From positions 62,001 through 126,000 of the IMG/VR virus record IMGVR_UViG_3300017917_003822: a stretch of DNA of 64,000 bases. One strand, 5' to 3'. The notes beneath the pieces were generated by a model, which had not been told where the DNA came from, did not search any database, and saw only the letters and a program-made list of their open reading frames with translations. This document shows positions 10,079 through 20,628 of this stretch, piece after piece. Numbering within the stretch: the stretch's first letter is position 1; each line of letters begins with the position of its first letter. The position numbers and the translations under genes are program-made.

Positions 10079-11474
10079 TAGAACACATTTTGATAAGATT
10101 AATGCTCTTGACTCATCAGTAATAGGATTTGAATTTGAATTTTATACTAACCTTTTAAAAGGTCAAGCTGCTGAGTCATTGGCAAAACTTACCAAAAAGA
10201 AAGTTGTTGTTTCCGAAAAATATCACTCAAAAATACCGGTTGATGCTAATAACTTCAAGCTAGAACCAGATTACTCTGGAGGAAGCAAGATGATGGAATT
10301 TATCACCGGTCCGCTTCCGTACAGTGAAGCAATCCCCATATTAATTAAAGTTTTGAATTGGATAGACGAGAATGGCTGGACAACAGACAGATGCGCTTTC
10401 CAATTTTCTGTGAGCTTTGATAAATCAAGAAGAGACGTAAAGGATAAAATAGAAAACCTAGATAAACTTAAATTTGTTTTGGGTCTAGATGAGGGTTTTA
10501 TTTATTCTAGATTTGGTAGCAGGGAAAAAAACGTTTATGCAAAATCGATTAAAAAGGTGGTACCTAGAAATAGATTTTCTATTCTTGAGAACATCCAAAC
10601 TATTGATCCTAAAATGTACAGAGTACCTGAGGACAAATACTATGGTGTAAATTTCACAAAATTACCTCAGGGGTATATAGAATTCAGATATCTTGGTAAC
10701 AGAGACTATCAAAAAAAATCCAAGGAGATAAGGGAAATTATAGACTATGTTATTCTTTATCTGTATGACATTCTGAGCCGTAGAATAAACGGCTATACTA
10801 AGGATGATCTCGCTACCCTTCAGAAGATGATGAATAAATATGCTAAGGTCGTGAGATCTTTTAATAATCCAGACTTCTTCTTTAGAAATTATCCAGATTT
10901 CCATGTTTTCGTGGATCTTAGAGGATGGGACGAAAACATTAAAACATATTTCCCCATCATAAGGGATAAAATATTTGATCTCATCATAGAGGGTAACGTT
11001 ACTTCTTGTTATTTTAATTATGATACCACAACTGGTAGATATCAAGTAAAAGAGGCTAGATTTAGAAATTCTTTCGAAGTGGAAGGTATGGATCTAATTC
11101 TTTGTGATATTAAGAATGCTATTATCAAAAACTGTAACATATACAATTGCGATATAAAGAAATCCTCGATTGAAGATTCCTATATTTTTGCTGGTACTAA
11201 GGTTTACTCATCGAAAGTTAAAGCAACTATTGTAGATTACTCCAATGAATTAAAAGACTGTTTCATAGACTGTCAGGGGAAAAATCTCAACTGCAAAATA
11301 GAAGGTGGGGTTTTAAGAGCCGGTAATATCGGTGAAAACGCTGAAATTAGCAAGGAGACTATGAAGGTTAAAAATACCGACGATCAGAGAATGCTGAGAT
11401 TCGTTACCGATAAAAGATTAAAGGATTTAAATGATAAATACAATAATCCAAGATTCGGTAATATGAATTACTAA
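10068..11474 (+). CDS. Putative amidoligase (COOH-NH2 ligase) with a C-terminal beta-solenoid
   Basis: IGFEFEF, LEPDYS, MEFITGPL, KYYGVN and YIEFR motifs. C-terminal IKNAI/IKNCN/IYNCD/IKKSS/IEDSY pentapeptide-like repeats. Confidence 0.65.
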   Translation: MSDNRTHFDKINALDSSVIGFEFEFYTNLLKGQAAESLAKLTKKKVVVSEKYHSKIPVDANNFKLEPDYSGGSKMMEFITGPLPYSEAIPILIKVLNWIDENGWTTDRCAFQFSVSFDKSRRDVKDKIENLDKLKFVLGLDEGFIYSRFGSREKNVYAKSIKKVVPRNRFSILENIQTIDPKMYRVPEDKYYGVNFTKLPQGYIEFRYLGNRDYQKKSKEIREIIDYVILYLYDILSRRINGYTKDDLATLQKMMNKYAKVVRSFNNPDFFFRNYPDFHVFVDLRGWDENIKTYFPIIRDKIFDLIIEGNVTSCYFNYDTTTGRYQVKEARFRNSFEVEGMDLILCDIKNAIIKNCNIYNCDIKKSSIEDSYIFAGTKVYSSKVKATIVDYSNELKDCFIDCQGKNLNCKIEGGVLRAGNIGENAEISKETMKVKNTDDQRMLRFVTDKRLKDLNDKYNNPRFGNMNY

Positions 11475-11489
11475 AAAAAAACAAAAAGC

Positions 11490-12266
11490 ATGACACAAGA
11501 GGAGTTAATACAAGAAATACAGGATGCACTTTCTTTTAGCTGTGCACTTCCATATAATCTAAATGCCACTGAAACTGAGAGAATTATCAAAAGAGCTAAA
11601 GCTTGGTTTTATGATAATTACCAGTACGCAGTAGAGGAAAGAGTTTTTGTTTTGGCAAACCAACTTTTCCAACATCCCGAGTTTAAGAAAACAAGGCAGA
11701 TTAAGCTCCCTGAATCAATCATAGGGGTTTATGAAGTCAGAGAATTAGGTGGATATGGTATTTCGGGTAATCCTGATAGAGATTTTGGTGATTCTAAATT
11801 GCTTGGGTCAGAGCTTCTTCTTTCTCCCTTTGTCGGTGACAACCTAGTTTACAGAACAGTCATGTATTCATATTTCGATTTAGCTAAAGCATATCTTCTA
11901 AATACATACGCATTCAAATACAACAAGAATACGAAATTTTTAACCATCCTAGGAAGAGACCCGAATAGATCTGGTAAGGGACAATTGGCCCAGGGATTTG
12001 GCGTAGGTGGAGTTGATGTATCAGTAAGATGTCACGTTGCTATATTGGATGAGTACCTATATGATGATGAACTTTTTGTGAGATATTGCATAGCTAAATG
12101 TAAAATAGCTCTTTCTCAGATGCTAAGTGTTTTCACATATAATCTACCCGGAGGTGTACAAGTGAATGCTAGTGAAATAGGAAGCCAGGGGGCAACAGAG
12201 CTTCAGGAAGTAATGGATATGATTAATGGTGAAAATACCCCATCATATTTCCTTCAGTGGAATTAA
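11490..12266 (+). CDS. Neck/head-tail adaptor protein (T4 gp13-like)
   Basis: C-terminal NLPGGVQVNASEI matches the gp13 LPGGVxxNG motif; size fits. Confidence 0.7.
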   Translation: MTQEELIQEIQDALSFSCALPYNLNATETERIIKRAKAWFYDNYQYAVEERVFVLANQLFQHPEFKKTRQIKLPESIIGVYEVRELGGYGISGNPDRDFGDSKLLGSELLLSPFVGDNLVYRTVMYSYFDLAKAYLLNTYAFKYNKNTKFLTILGRDPNRSGKGQLAQGFGVGGVDVSVRCHVAILDEYLYDDELFVRYCIAKCKIALSQMLSVFTYNLPGGVQVNASEIGSQGATELQEVMDMINGENTPSYFLQWN

Positions 12267-12308
12267 AAAATTAACTTATCGACCTCTTTTGACCTCTCTT
12301 TGATTGTG

Positions 12309-12316
12309 GATATATA
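12309..12316 (+). promoter_or_regulatory. Putative late promoter GATATATA
   Basis: 27 nt upstream of the gp25-like ATG. Confidence 0.6.
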
Positions 12317-12335
12317 ATACGAAATAAAAATCCAC

Positions 12336-12707
12336 ATGAGAGAGATTTATAACAGGGATCCATTAGATCCTAACTACAATCCTTATCAATTAGAGACCAC
12401 AGATCCAACAGAGATTTGTATCGGTCAACTTAAAATGCTGCTACTTACTAATAAGGGCGAGGTTTTAGGTGACCCTAAATTTGGACTAAATTTAGAAGAT
12501 TTAATTTTCAACCTCGAACTTTCAGAATCCAGTATAAGAAAAGAACTAGATCTTTCTCTGAGAGTGTATGTCCCTCTTTTTTTAGCACTTGGAGGAACAT
12601 ACGATCTTCAGTTTTATGTCGGTACTCAGAGGGATATTGCAACTCTTGATTTCAGAATACCTGAGGATGGAAAGCTTAGCCCATTGGTTTCACTAAGATT
12701 AACATAA
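12336..12707 (+). CDS. Baseplate wedge subunit (gp25-like)
   Basis: LLLTNKGEVLGDPKFGLNLEDLIF signature. Confidence 0.85.
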   Translation: MREIYNRDPLDPNYNPYQLETTDPTEICIGQLKMLLLTNKGEVLGDPKFGLNLEDLIFNLELSESSIRKELDLSLRVYVPLFLALGGTYDLQFYVGTQRDIATLDFRIPEDGKLSPLVSLRLT

Positions 12708-12716
12708 GTAAAAGAA

Positions 12717-14441
12717 ATGAATATATTTAAGAAAAATAACATCCTTATTAACGGTCTTCTCGGAGATACGTTCAACTTTTTGCAGGCTACCTATAATCAG
12801 ACATCTAATGTCTTTACAGTAGCTTCTGCTTGGGGTCAAATATTATTTGTTCTTCAGAATTTATCACAATTAATTCTTTATTTTATAGAGGATTCGATCA
12901 CTGAATTGAACATGCAGGAAGCAACTAGAGATTACTCAATCCGAAGTTTAGCTAGAATAGCCGGATATGATCCAGGAAGAGCAAATGCAGCACAAGGAGA
13001 AGTTTCTATTTCATGGAATACTAGGGAGGGAGACGTAGGAGGTGGTTCCATCATACTTAGAAACAATAGTCAAATCAGATGTCTTCAGAACGGTAAGGTT
13101 TATTCTTTAATTTTCGGAAGTCCTGAAGTAACTATACCTCTCGTTAGAGGAAACACAATAAGAGTAAAAATAGCACAGGGTACCTTTGAGTCTGCGATAG
13201 TGACCGGAACAGGATTGGCTCTTCAGAGTTTTAATATACCTTCAAGTTCTGGTGCTCTTCTAGACCAGTTTTATGTTGATGTCTATGTTAACGAGGAAAA
13301 ATGGAGAAAATATGATTCACTCTATGATATACCTTTGAATGGGAAAGGATATCTAGTTAAGACTGGAATACAGGAGGGACTTGATATCTATTTTGGAAAC
13401 TCCAATTTTGGAATGGTTCCGCCTAGAGGTTCCAGAATAAGAATAGAATATTTACAGACTGCAGGTGCGGGTGGTAATGCAAATTCAACTAAAGAGACCC
13501 CTTTAACATATAGATTTTCTAGTAACGGTACGGATTTATTTGGAAGAGAGGTTGATGTTAACCTTTATCTGGATATAAAAAATGAAATAGATCCATCATT
13601 CGGAACTAATCCAGAAACGACCAATTTGATTAGGTTGGTTGCACCTAAAACCAGTAGATCTTTCGTTTTTGCTAATGCCGATAATTACGAAGTTTTCTTA
13701 AATAAACTTGGAATATTCTCTCAGATACAGGCTTTTTCGACATTTGATGATGAGTATCTAGACGATGATAATGTCATCTACCTTTATCTAGTTCCTGACA
13801 TTACATTAAATCTTTCCACTAACGAGGATTATTTTAGTGTTCCAGTGGAGGATTTTTTATTGACAGCTCAACAAAAAGCTAGAGTGATTAACCTCATAGA
13901 ACAATCAGGGTCCATGATCGCAACGACGGTTGTTAAGATAGTACAACCAGTTATCGCAAAATATGTTGCTAATGTCGTTCTTGGTATTTTTGAGGGATCT
14001 GATCCTGAAACTATTAAGCAGACAATAAGAAAAAGGATTTCGGAATATATGCTTTCTCTAAAGAGAAGAGACAAGATACCTAAATCCGATTTCATAGCCA
14101 TTATAGAGAGCGTCCCTGGAGTTGATACGGTTTCATTTTTCTTCGTTGGACAGAAGAATGAGGAAAATCAAATAGAGATAAGAAATCTTAGCAATGTTTC
14201 ACAGGCTCAGCTTGACGAGGTTATTGGTATGGATCAATTTGGTGATATTGTTATAGGCAGAAATGAATTGGTTTTACTAAGAGGAGGCTGGACGGATAGA
14301 AATGGAACATTCTACACGGAGTCGATCGTTGAAGGAAAACCTGGACCTCTTAACATAACAATAGCTTCGATAGTCCCTAGAAACTTTAGAAGTGAATTGA
14401 ATGCAGATTTAAAAGCACAGATTATAGCACAGGGATCTTAA
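12717..14441 (+). CDS. Baseplate wedge protein (gp6 / baseplate J-like)
   Basis: ATRDYSIRSLARIAGY, DIYFGNSNFGMVPPRGSRIRIEY...G.GGN and ADNYE motifs; follows gp25. Confidence 0.85.
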   Translation: MNIFKKNNILINGLLGDTFNFLQATYNQTSNVFTVASAWGQILFVLQNLSQLILYFIEDSITELNMQEATRDYSIRSLARIAGYDPGRANAAQGEVSISWNTREGDVGGGSIILRNNSQIRCLQNGKVYSLIFGSPEVTIPLVRGNTIRVKIAQGTFESAIVTGTGLALQSFNIPSSSGALLDQFYVDVYVNEEKWRKYDSLYDIPLNGKGYLVKTGIQEGLDIYFGNSNFGMVPPRGSRIRIEYLQTAGAGGNANSTKETPLTYRFSSNGTDLFGREVDVNLYLDIKNEIDPSFGTNPETTNLIRLVAPKTSRSFVFANADNYEVFLNKLGIFSQIQAFSTFDDEYLDDDNVIYLYLVPDITLNLSTNEDYFSVPVEDFLLTAQQKARVINLIEQSGSMIATTVVKIVQPVIAKYVANVVLGIFEGSDPETIKQTIRKRISEYMLSLKRRDKIPKSDFIAIIESVPGVDTVSFFFVGQKNEENQIEIRNLSNVSQAQLDEVIGMDQFGDIVIGRNELVLLRGGWTDRNGTFYTESIVEGKPGPLNITIASIVPRNFRSELNADLKAQIIAQGS

Positions 14442-14460
14442 AATAAATTGGAACATTAAA

Positions 14461-14991
14461 ATGCAGAGTTATTCACCTTTTTTTCCGGGAGAAAATCAGA
14501 GTATAAGTTATACGGTTAATGGAATAAAACCAAAAACCAACAATACAACTTTTTATAATAATAAGGACTTGTATTCTACCCCCGAGATGGCTCTTGATCG
14601 TTCGTATAATATTGGATGTAGCGGATATCGTGCTGTGATAGCCAATGCAACTGGTTCTTATAAATTTGCTCCATGTTCCACCGTATCTGAATATAAAACA
14701 ATAATGAAACAGATGGGGAAGGTAACGGTTGAGAGGAGATATTATGATTTCGATCCGGGACAAAACATATATGACATAAGGGATAGTATAAATGACAATC
14801 TATACAACGGATTCGATTATCAACACCAGATTTTGAAAAGATCTTTATCCAATGTTATTTATAGAGATCCCGTTAAGGATGGTATACTCAACTACTTTCA
14901 GAGAGTTGTCTATGGATTGGTTGAAACAACAAAGCAAATAAAAAACTTCTTTAACTACACAGTTAAGAAAAATAACAAGAGAGTTTTCTAA
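14461..14991 (+). CDS. Hypothetical baseplate-region protein
   Basis: 176-aa ORF tightly packed between the gp6- and gp7-like genes. Confidence 0.55.
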   Translation: MQSYSPFFPGENQSISYTVNGIKPKTNNTTFYNNKDLYSTPEMALDRSYNIGCSGYRAVIANATGSYKFAPCSTVSEYKTIMKQMGKVTVERRYYDFDPGQNIYDIRDSINDNLYNGFDYQHQILKRSLSNVIYRDPVKDGILNYFQRVVYGLVETTKQIKNFFNYTVKKNNKRVF

Positions 14992-14997
14992 TTTAAA

Positions 14998-17900
14998 ATG
15001 GCAAATATAAAACTTAATTTTTTTGGTAAGGATGGGAATCCTCTAAACTTCGACTATATCGGACCAACCGGACCAACTCCTCTTGATTCCAAATTCACAT
15101 ACATAACATCACCATCCGGAGTTTCGAGTAATGGTGACATTATCTTTAATTTTGGGACTAGCACCTTTATTTGGGAATTGTACCCTAGAGATCTTAATAA
15201 TTTCGATCTGACTGCTTGGTATAATGAGGTTAAGGATTTTATCTCGAAGGGAGCTAATGTTTATGTTAATGGCGAAGTTGCAGGACAGCAGAATTTTAAG
15301 TTTAAGATTCAAAGCGTTGCAAAGAACCCTTCTGGGGATTTTATCATCAATGGTCAAAGTGATAATTACGAGGGTCAAAATATAATAAGTCCAAATAATC
15401 AAATCTATTTCACAACGACTTATGAAAATAGGCCAGGTGGTTATTTTAAGGGTAATATCTATTTCGATCCAGTTTCTGCGGGTCTTTATGAGAATGAACA
15501 AATTTTCGTTGTTCAGGAGTTTGAAACTGCTAGCGGCTATCAATATGGATTGCCTCACACTGGGGCAACAGGTTCAACTGGATCACCCAGATGGAGAACC
15601 AGATGGTACAATGATAATTATGGGGAAACCGATGTAACTGACATTATTTTTACTTATGCCATAGAAGATCAACTTGAAGGCGGTGATGGTGAACCTCTAA
15701 TAGTTAATTATCCCAATATGGTACTTCCTGTTGATATTAATTCGGGTGATTATTACCAGAATGGTTTCATACACACAAATCTTGTTAATTCCGAGGCTTT
15801 AGCTATAAATGTTGCTTTAAATGCTTCTGAGGATGCTGAAAACATATATGAGAGAAAGTTAATAGTAGAGGATATTACTACAGGTACACCAGAGAAAATT
15901 ATAGAAATAGATTTCTACGGTCAAATTATAGGTGAGGATGAGAGATTTAAGGTTTTATTAGAGAATCTTGGGCGTGCATTTTATAAGAGCGATTCGGTGA
16001 TCCTAAGAGACCATGATCCGGATGAACCTAGTCCGAACTTTCTTGAGATTAATGAAAAAAGGAAGGAGCTATTAGTAACGGGCGAGGAGATATTTCCCTA
16101 TATAGGTAGTTATAAGGGTTTAATTAATGCTCTTAAATTTTTCGGGTATCAGGATCTTAGAATTAAGGAATATTGGCTAAATTTAAATTATAAAAATCTA
16201 AAATTAGAATCACCTGTACAACAAAATCAATCTTTTCTTAATGCAATAAAATCCCAACAGTCTAAAGGTTATTCATTGAGCTATCAGATTGGTGATATTC
16301 TAGATAACGAGAATAGTGGAAAGTATAGGCTGACCCAGACATATGGACCCGATAAAAACGGTAACTATGTTCTAAATGTCACATCGGAGGATTCATTAAT
16401 CCCAAGCAGAACATATAAGAAAACTGCTCTCTTTGGTTTATACTATGATTTAAATAAAGTTACAGATGATACCGATGCTTTCGGGTATCCGGTTGTTAAT
16501 GACGCTTTTAAATTTACTCAAGAGGAGGTTTTAATTAAGATTTTTGCACTGAAGGAGAGATTAAAGAGAGACTATCTTCCGTTAAATGCAAGAATTATAG
16601 ATATTACCGGAGAAGGTGTTTATTTCACTATCTACAACACCAAGTCATGGACGGATGTTATGGAAAGGTCTGATATAAACTCTGGATTTTATTTTGATTT
16701 TGCACCGAATCCAGATTTTGGATTTTTGGAAGATCTTAGAAATTTCTCAACTAGACCACTGCCATCAGGAATCCAGACACCAAGTTTATATAGCAACTCA
16801 TATCAAACTGAAGTTAATTTTATAGGTGGGACCGGGAGTGCTATAGGATTCAATGGAAATTTCCCCGGTGGAATGACAGGACCAAATCCAACTATATTTG
16901 TAAATTCCGGTAACACGTATCAATTTAATGTTGTTGATAGTGGAAATTTTGGCTATGATTTTTATTTAACAACTGATCCTCTTTTGACTCAGATTGATCC
17001 TTTGGGAGTTATGAACAATGGAGCAACTGGTGGAAATTCGATCACGTGGTACGTTAACCCTGAACAGACGTCCCCGGTTTATTATTATTCCAGTAATAAT
17101 CCTTCATTATTAAATGGAGTCATTACTGTTCTACCTGCTAAATTATCGGATCTTGGTAATATAGTGGATCCATTATCAAATCAGCAGATTTACACCAAGG
17201 AGCAGAATGATTCTATGATGGCAGCAATAGAAAATTTCTATGAACTTAAACAGAATGGAAAAATTCTTGAGCTAGGTGACGATGATTTCGATCCTACTGC
17301 ATATATTGATCCTGTTACAGGTTCTCAGTATCAGCTTCCTTTGGGGATGCCAGTCATACTGGAGCTTGTTCTAGATGTTTGGGAATGGAATGAACTTAAT
17401 ATTAACTGGAACGCCTTAACTATACCAACCTATAAAGTTGGTGACGTTGTACAAGTTAGACAGCTTGATAATTTTTTCTATGGTGTGTTTGGAACTGTTA
17501 CATCAGCAAGTTATTCCACTGGTGAATATACTGTTTTATTAGATCCCCCTTATAATGTACCTCAGAATTTTGCAGAAGCGGATCTTCTCTCATCTATACA
17601 GACCTATAATTTGTTAACATGGGAAAATATAGATTTTTCGAATTCTGTTGAGATCGAGTGGATTGTTAACAAGACGACGACACAATCTGGATCACCTTAT
17701 AATTTTGAATTTAGAGGTCCAATAGCGAGCTTTTATAGGCTTGCACACTTCTTACCCTACACTGGAGAATATAAGGTCATATGCAACATATATGATGCAT
17801 TTAACGCAAAAACTACTGTAATTAAAGATCGAGTTATTAGAGTTGAACCTAAAACGATCGATATTGATTCATGGACCAGATACAGAGAAGCCGAAAGATA

Positions 17901-19917
17901 CCTTTGGGACAATGTTGATAGAGGATGGGATTCATATAACGGAATCTGGGAATATCCAGCTGAGGGTGAAACCATTGAGATTGTTGAAAAATCAATACCT
18001 AGCGAAATCCTAGACTTTGCTACATACGGAAATAAATCGGAGGAGGGACAGAGTCTCTTTGTAAAATCTCCGACTGATCCGATTGGAGCTACTGGAGAAT
18101 TCTCTTTTACCCAATCAATTACTCAAATTTCTGAAGTTTATTCACTGGAAATATTTCCTGGACAATATGGATATGTTAATATCTCCACCGCATCACCTCA
18201 TGGTCTTGTTGATGGTGATGAGGTAACTATATCGGGATCAATTCCTCAACTTAATGGAAGATGGGTTGTTGGTGTTACTGGATCACTTACGACATTTAAA
18301 ATTCCGACTGCTTTTGATCTTTCCTGGAGTGGGATAAATTTAGAAACCTCACCAGTTAACCGATACGTTGCGGATCCTTTAATCTATCCAAATCAAAGGT
18401 TTACTGGAGCTGGTAACGTAACTGTTTTTGTTGGAGGAAGACCGATAGGAACAGCGGAAACTGGTGATACACTTTATAACACAGCTAACGCTATAACATC
18501 GGCTATAAATTCATTACAAACTTATCCTGATTATTTTGCTTCTTGCTTAGATCCTTCATCAGATCCAGTGAAGATATTAATTTCTGCACCTGATGATCTT
18601 GGTTCCGATCAAAATGGGGTTTCTTTTGATGTTGAAGTTTCAGGATCACTAAGTTTAGTTTCTTTATCTCCGTCCTTAACTGGTGGAGTTAGTCCAACCG
18701 AAACATATGTTTACTGGTCGGAGAATGATCCCGTACAACCTAACGAGAATCTTAAATACTGGGGAACGAAGAGACTCAACTGGGAGGTTTTCACAGATAG
18801 CACATGGGAAGATGCTTATGCACATAGCTGGTTTGATTTCGAATTTAACAACGATTGGCTGGGTGGATATGAGCTTCATACTATATTACCTGGTGATTAT
18901 GTTAAGATTAGCACCGCTAATTCGACATATCCATTTCCCGTTGGCGTAACTTTTTCAAGCGGACTGAGTGGTTTAACGTTACAGGAAGTTGCTGACCAGC
19001 TTAATAACTCCAATGAGCCACATATCACTAATTTTTATTATCGACCAATGCCTAGTGAATCGGGTTCTTTGAGTGCTATAGCTGCTCCAATAAACTTGGA
19101 TATAACTAATAATTTCCTGATTAATAGTAACTTCCAACCACCTCCATCATTAAATGGTGGAAGTCAGTTATTGATTGCCCAATTTGGATATACTGGAGGT
19201 ACACCTATTACAACAACAACATCGACGTCGACAACAACAACATCGACAACAACAACATCGACAACATCGACAACAACAACGACCACTATAGCTCCAACAA
19301 CGACGTCAACAACATCGACAACAACTATAGCTCCGACAACGACAACAACAACTGTCGATCCTTGTTTACTTGCAGGTACAGCTAGTATGGTTTATCCTAC
19401 TACAACGACAACAACATCGACATCGACAACAACGACAACAACAACGCCTATAATACTTTGTCAATGTTACACTCTGACTTGTACCCCTGATCCATTCCCT
19501 GCTCCGTACGTCGGATCTACCACTTTCCAATATGTTGACTGTTCCGGTGATACTCAAACAGTTTTCGTTAATGATGGATCACCAATAGACGTATGTGCTC
19601 AGGAAAATAGTGTCATAAGAATCGGAGGGGATCCTGGAACCATTGACATAAGCCCGTTTGATTGTTGCGATACCTCTCTTTACTTAGCATACAGATCGGT
19701 CTCGTCGGATCCGTCTGATGCTTGTGGTTTTATAACCAGCGAAGTATGCTATGTACAAGGATCTTATACCAGGGTATTTAATGATGCCGGAGGAACTTCA
19801 CCGTTCGTAGGAGGGAATGCATATTGGAAAGTCTCCAGAGCAATTGATTCGTATAGTGTCAGTATGCTAATAGACAACTTTGGATATCCGGTAGGTCTGT
19901 CATCACTTTGTTTTTAA
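14998..19917 (+). CDS. Large baseplate wedge protein (gp7/tail-I-like) with accessory domains and C-terminal poly-Thr and Cys-rich regions
   Basis: IFPYIGSYKGLINALKFFGY..IKEYW tail-I/gp7-like motif. Also cupredoxin-like, SH3/KOW-like and PKD-like segments, then Thr tracts. Confidence 0.6.
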   Translation: MANIKLNFFGKDGNPLNFDYIGPTGPTPLDSKFTYITSPSGVSSNGDIIFNFGTSTFIWELYPRDLNNFDLTAWYNEVKDFISKGANVYVNGEVAGQQNFKFKIQSVAKNPSGDFIINGQSDNYEGQNIISPNNQIYFTTTYENRPGGYFKGNIYFDPVSAGLYENEQIFVVQEFETASGYQYGLPHTGATGSTGSPRWRTRWYNDNYGETDVTDIIFTYAIEDQLEGGDGEPLIVNYPNMVLPVDINSGDYYQNGFIHTNLVNSEALAINVALNASEDAENIYERKLIVEDITTGTPEKIIEIDFYGQIIGEDERFKVLLENLGRAFYKSDSVILRDHDPDEPSPNFLEINEKRKELLVTGEEIFPYIGSYKGLINALKFFGYQDLRIKEYWLNLNYKNLKLESPVQQNQSFLNAIKSQQSKGYSLSYQIGDILDNENSGKYRLTQTYGPDKNGNYVLNVTSEDSLIPSRTYKKTALFGLYYDLNKVTDDTDAFGYPVVNDAFKFTQEEVLIKIFALKERLKRDYLPLNARIIDITGEGVYFTIYNTKSWTDVMERSDINSGFYFDFAPNPDFGFLEDLRNFSTRPLPSGIQTPSLYSNSYQTEVNFIGGTGSAIGFNGNFPGGMTGPNPTIFVNSGNTYQFNVVDSGNFGYDFYLTTDPLLTQIDPLGVMNNGATGGNSITWYVNPEQTSPVYYYSSNNPSLLNGVITVLPAKLSDLGNIVDPLSNQQIYTKEQNDSMMAAIENFYELKQNGKILELGDDDFDPTAYIDPVTGSQYQLPLGMPVILELVLDVWEWNELNINWNALTIPTYKVGDVVQVRQLDNFFYGVFGTVTSASYSTGEYTVLLDPPYNVPQNFAEADLLSSIQTYNLLTWENIDFSNSVEIEWIVNKTTTQSGSPYNFEFRGPIASFYRLAHFLPYTGEYKVICNIYDAFNAKTTVIKDRVIRVEPKTIDIDSWTRYREAERYLWDNVDRGWDSYNGIWEYPAEGETIEIVEKSIPSEILDFATYGNKSEEGQSLFVKSPTDPIGATGEFSFTQSITQISEVYSLEIFPGQYGYVNISTASPHGLVDGDEVTISGSIPQLNGRWVVGVTGSLTTFKIPTAFDLSWSGINLETSPVNRYVADPLIYPNQRFTGAGNVTVFVGGRPIGTAETGDTLYNTANAITSAINSLQTYPDYFASCLDPSSDPVKILISAPDDLGSDQNGVSFDVEVSGSLSLVSLSPSLTGGVSPTETYVYWSENDPVQPNENLKYWGTKRLNWEVFTDSTWEDAYAHSWFDFEFNNDWLGGYELHTILPGDYVKISTANSTYPFPVGVTFSSGLSGLTLQEVADQLNNSNEPHITNFYYRPMPSESGSLSAIAAPINLDITNNFLINSNFQPPPSLNGGSQLLIAQFGYTGGTPITTTTSTSTTTTSTTTTSTTSTTTTTTIAPTTTSTTSTTTIAPTTTTTTVDPCLLAGTASMVYPTTTTTTSTSTTTTTTTPIILCQCYTLTCTPDPFPAPYVGSTTFQYVDCSGDTQTVFVNDGSPIDVCAQENSVIRIGGDPGTIDISPFDCCDTSLYLAYRSVSSDPSDACGFITSEVCYVQGSYTRVFNDAGGTSPFVGGNAYWKVSRAIDSYSVSMLIDNFGYPVGLSSLCF
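19210..19446 (+). repeat. Mucin-like poly-Thr/Ser tracts (ACA/ACG/TCG-rich)
   Basis: Encodes TTTTSTSTTTTSTTTTSTTSTTTTTTIAPTTT... and TTTTTTSTSTTTTTTT. Confidence 0.95.
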
Positions 19918-19960
19918 ATGGAATGAATATATAAAAATAGTAATATAAAAGAACAATATA

Positions 19961-20575
19961 ATGGCATCAGCACTCATAACATTAACAACCGCAGGGACTG
20001 GAACTGGACCATTCGACCTTTATTCTAATATTGGTGGATATGCTTCACCCTTCGAATCTGGGGTTGATAAATCATCTCTTGTTTCTGGGTACGTTTCAAA
20101 TTTGGTTCCAAATGGAACAACTGTAATTAGAGTCCAGTCAACAAGTTTACAGTGCACAAATTATGTTGATATCTCGGTAACTGGTATAACCACAACCACA
20201 ACCACCACAACCACAACGGCAGCTCCCACAAATTCAAGCCTAAAAAATAATAGCGGCACATCAATAAGTGGAACTTTTGTTTTTTCCGTTAAAATAGGAT
20301 CTGGTAGTTTTAGTACTTTCTTTTCAGTGTCTACGACAATTGCACCCGGGGCTACTTATAACTTTTTCCAGTCATATTATCCAGGTTCATTCCAAACTAC
20401 CGGTAACACGTTCAGAGTCCAAGTTTTCTCATCTAGTGGAATAACTTCTTCGAATTATATACAGATGTTTGCTGGATCTACTAGTAATATAGGATTCTTT
20501 AGTGGAACGAATCCTGCTACAGCTGAAACTTTTTCTTCTGGTAACCAATTTGCAATTAACATACAATATTATTAA
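19961..20575 (+). CDS. Small virion-associated protein with a poly-Thr linker
   Basis: 204 aa: two beta-rich domains joined by a T10 tract at 20189-20218. Confidence 0.6.
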   Translation: MASALITLTTAGTGTGPFDLYSNIGGYASPFESGVDKSSLVSGYVSNLVPNGTTVIRVQSTSLQCTNYVDISVTGITTTTTTTTTTAAPTNSSLKNNSGTSISGTFVFSVKIGSGSFSTFFSVSTTIAPGATYNFFQSYYPGSFQTTGNTFRVQVFSSSGITSSNYIQMFAGSTSNIGFFSGTNPATAETFSSGNQFAINIQYY

Positions 20576-20580
20576 TAAAC

Positions 20581-20608
20581 GAAACAGTTACCTTATTTCG
20601 ACTATAAT
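20581..20608 (+). promoter_or_regulatory. Putative early/middle promoter GAAAC-N17-TATAAT
   Basis: Upstream of the glycosyltransferase; the same spacing recurs at 52331 and 60859. Confidence 0.45.
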
Positions 20609-20628
20609 TAATATCTAAAAGAGATATT

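Noticed and set aside
12281-12301. Short direct repeat GACCTCTTTT/GACCTCTCTTT upstream of a GATATATA motif
   Set aside because: It occurs once and I saw no second instance in the window, so an operator cannot be supported.
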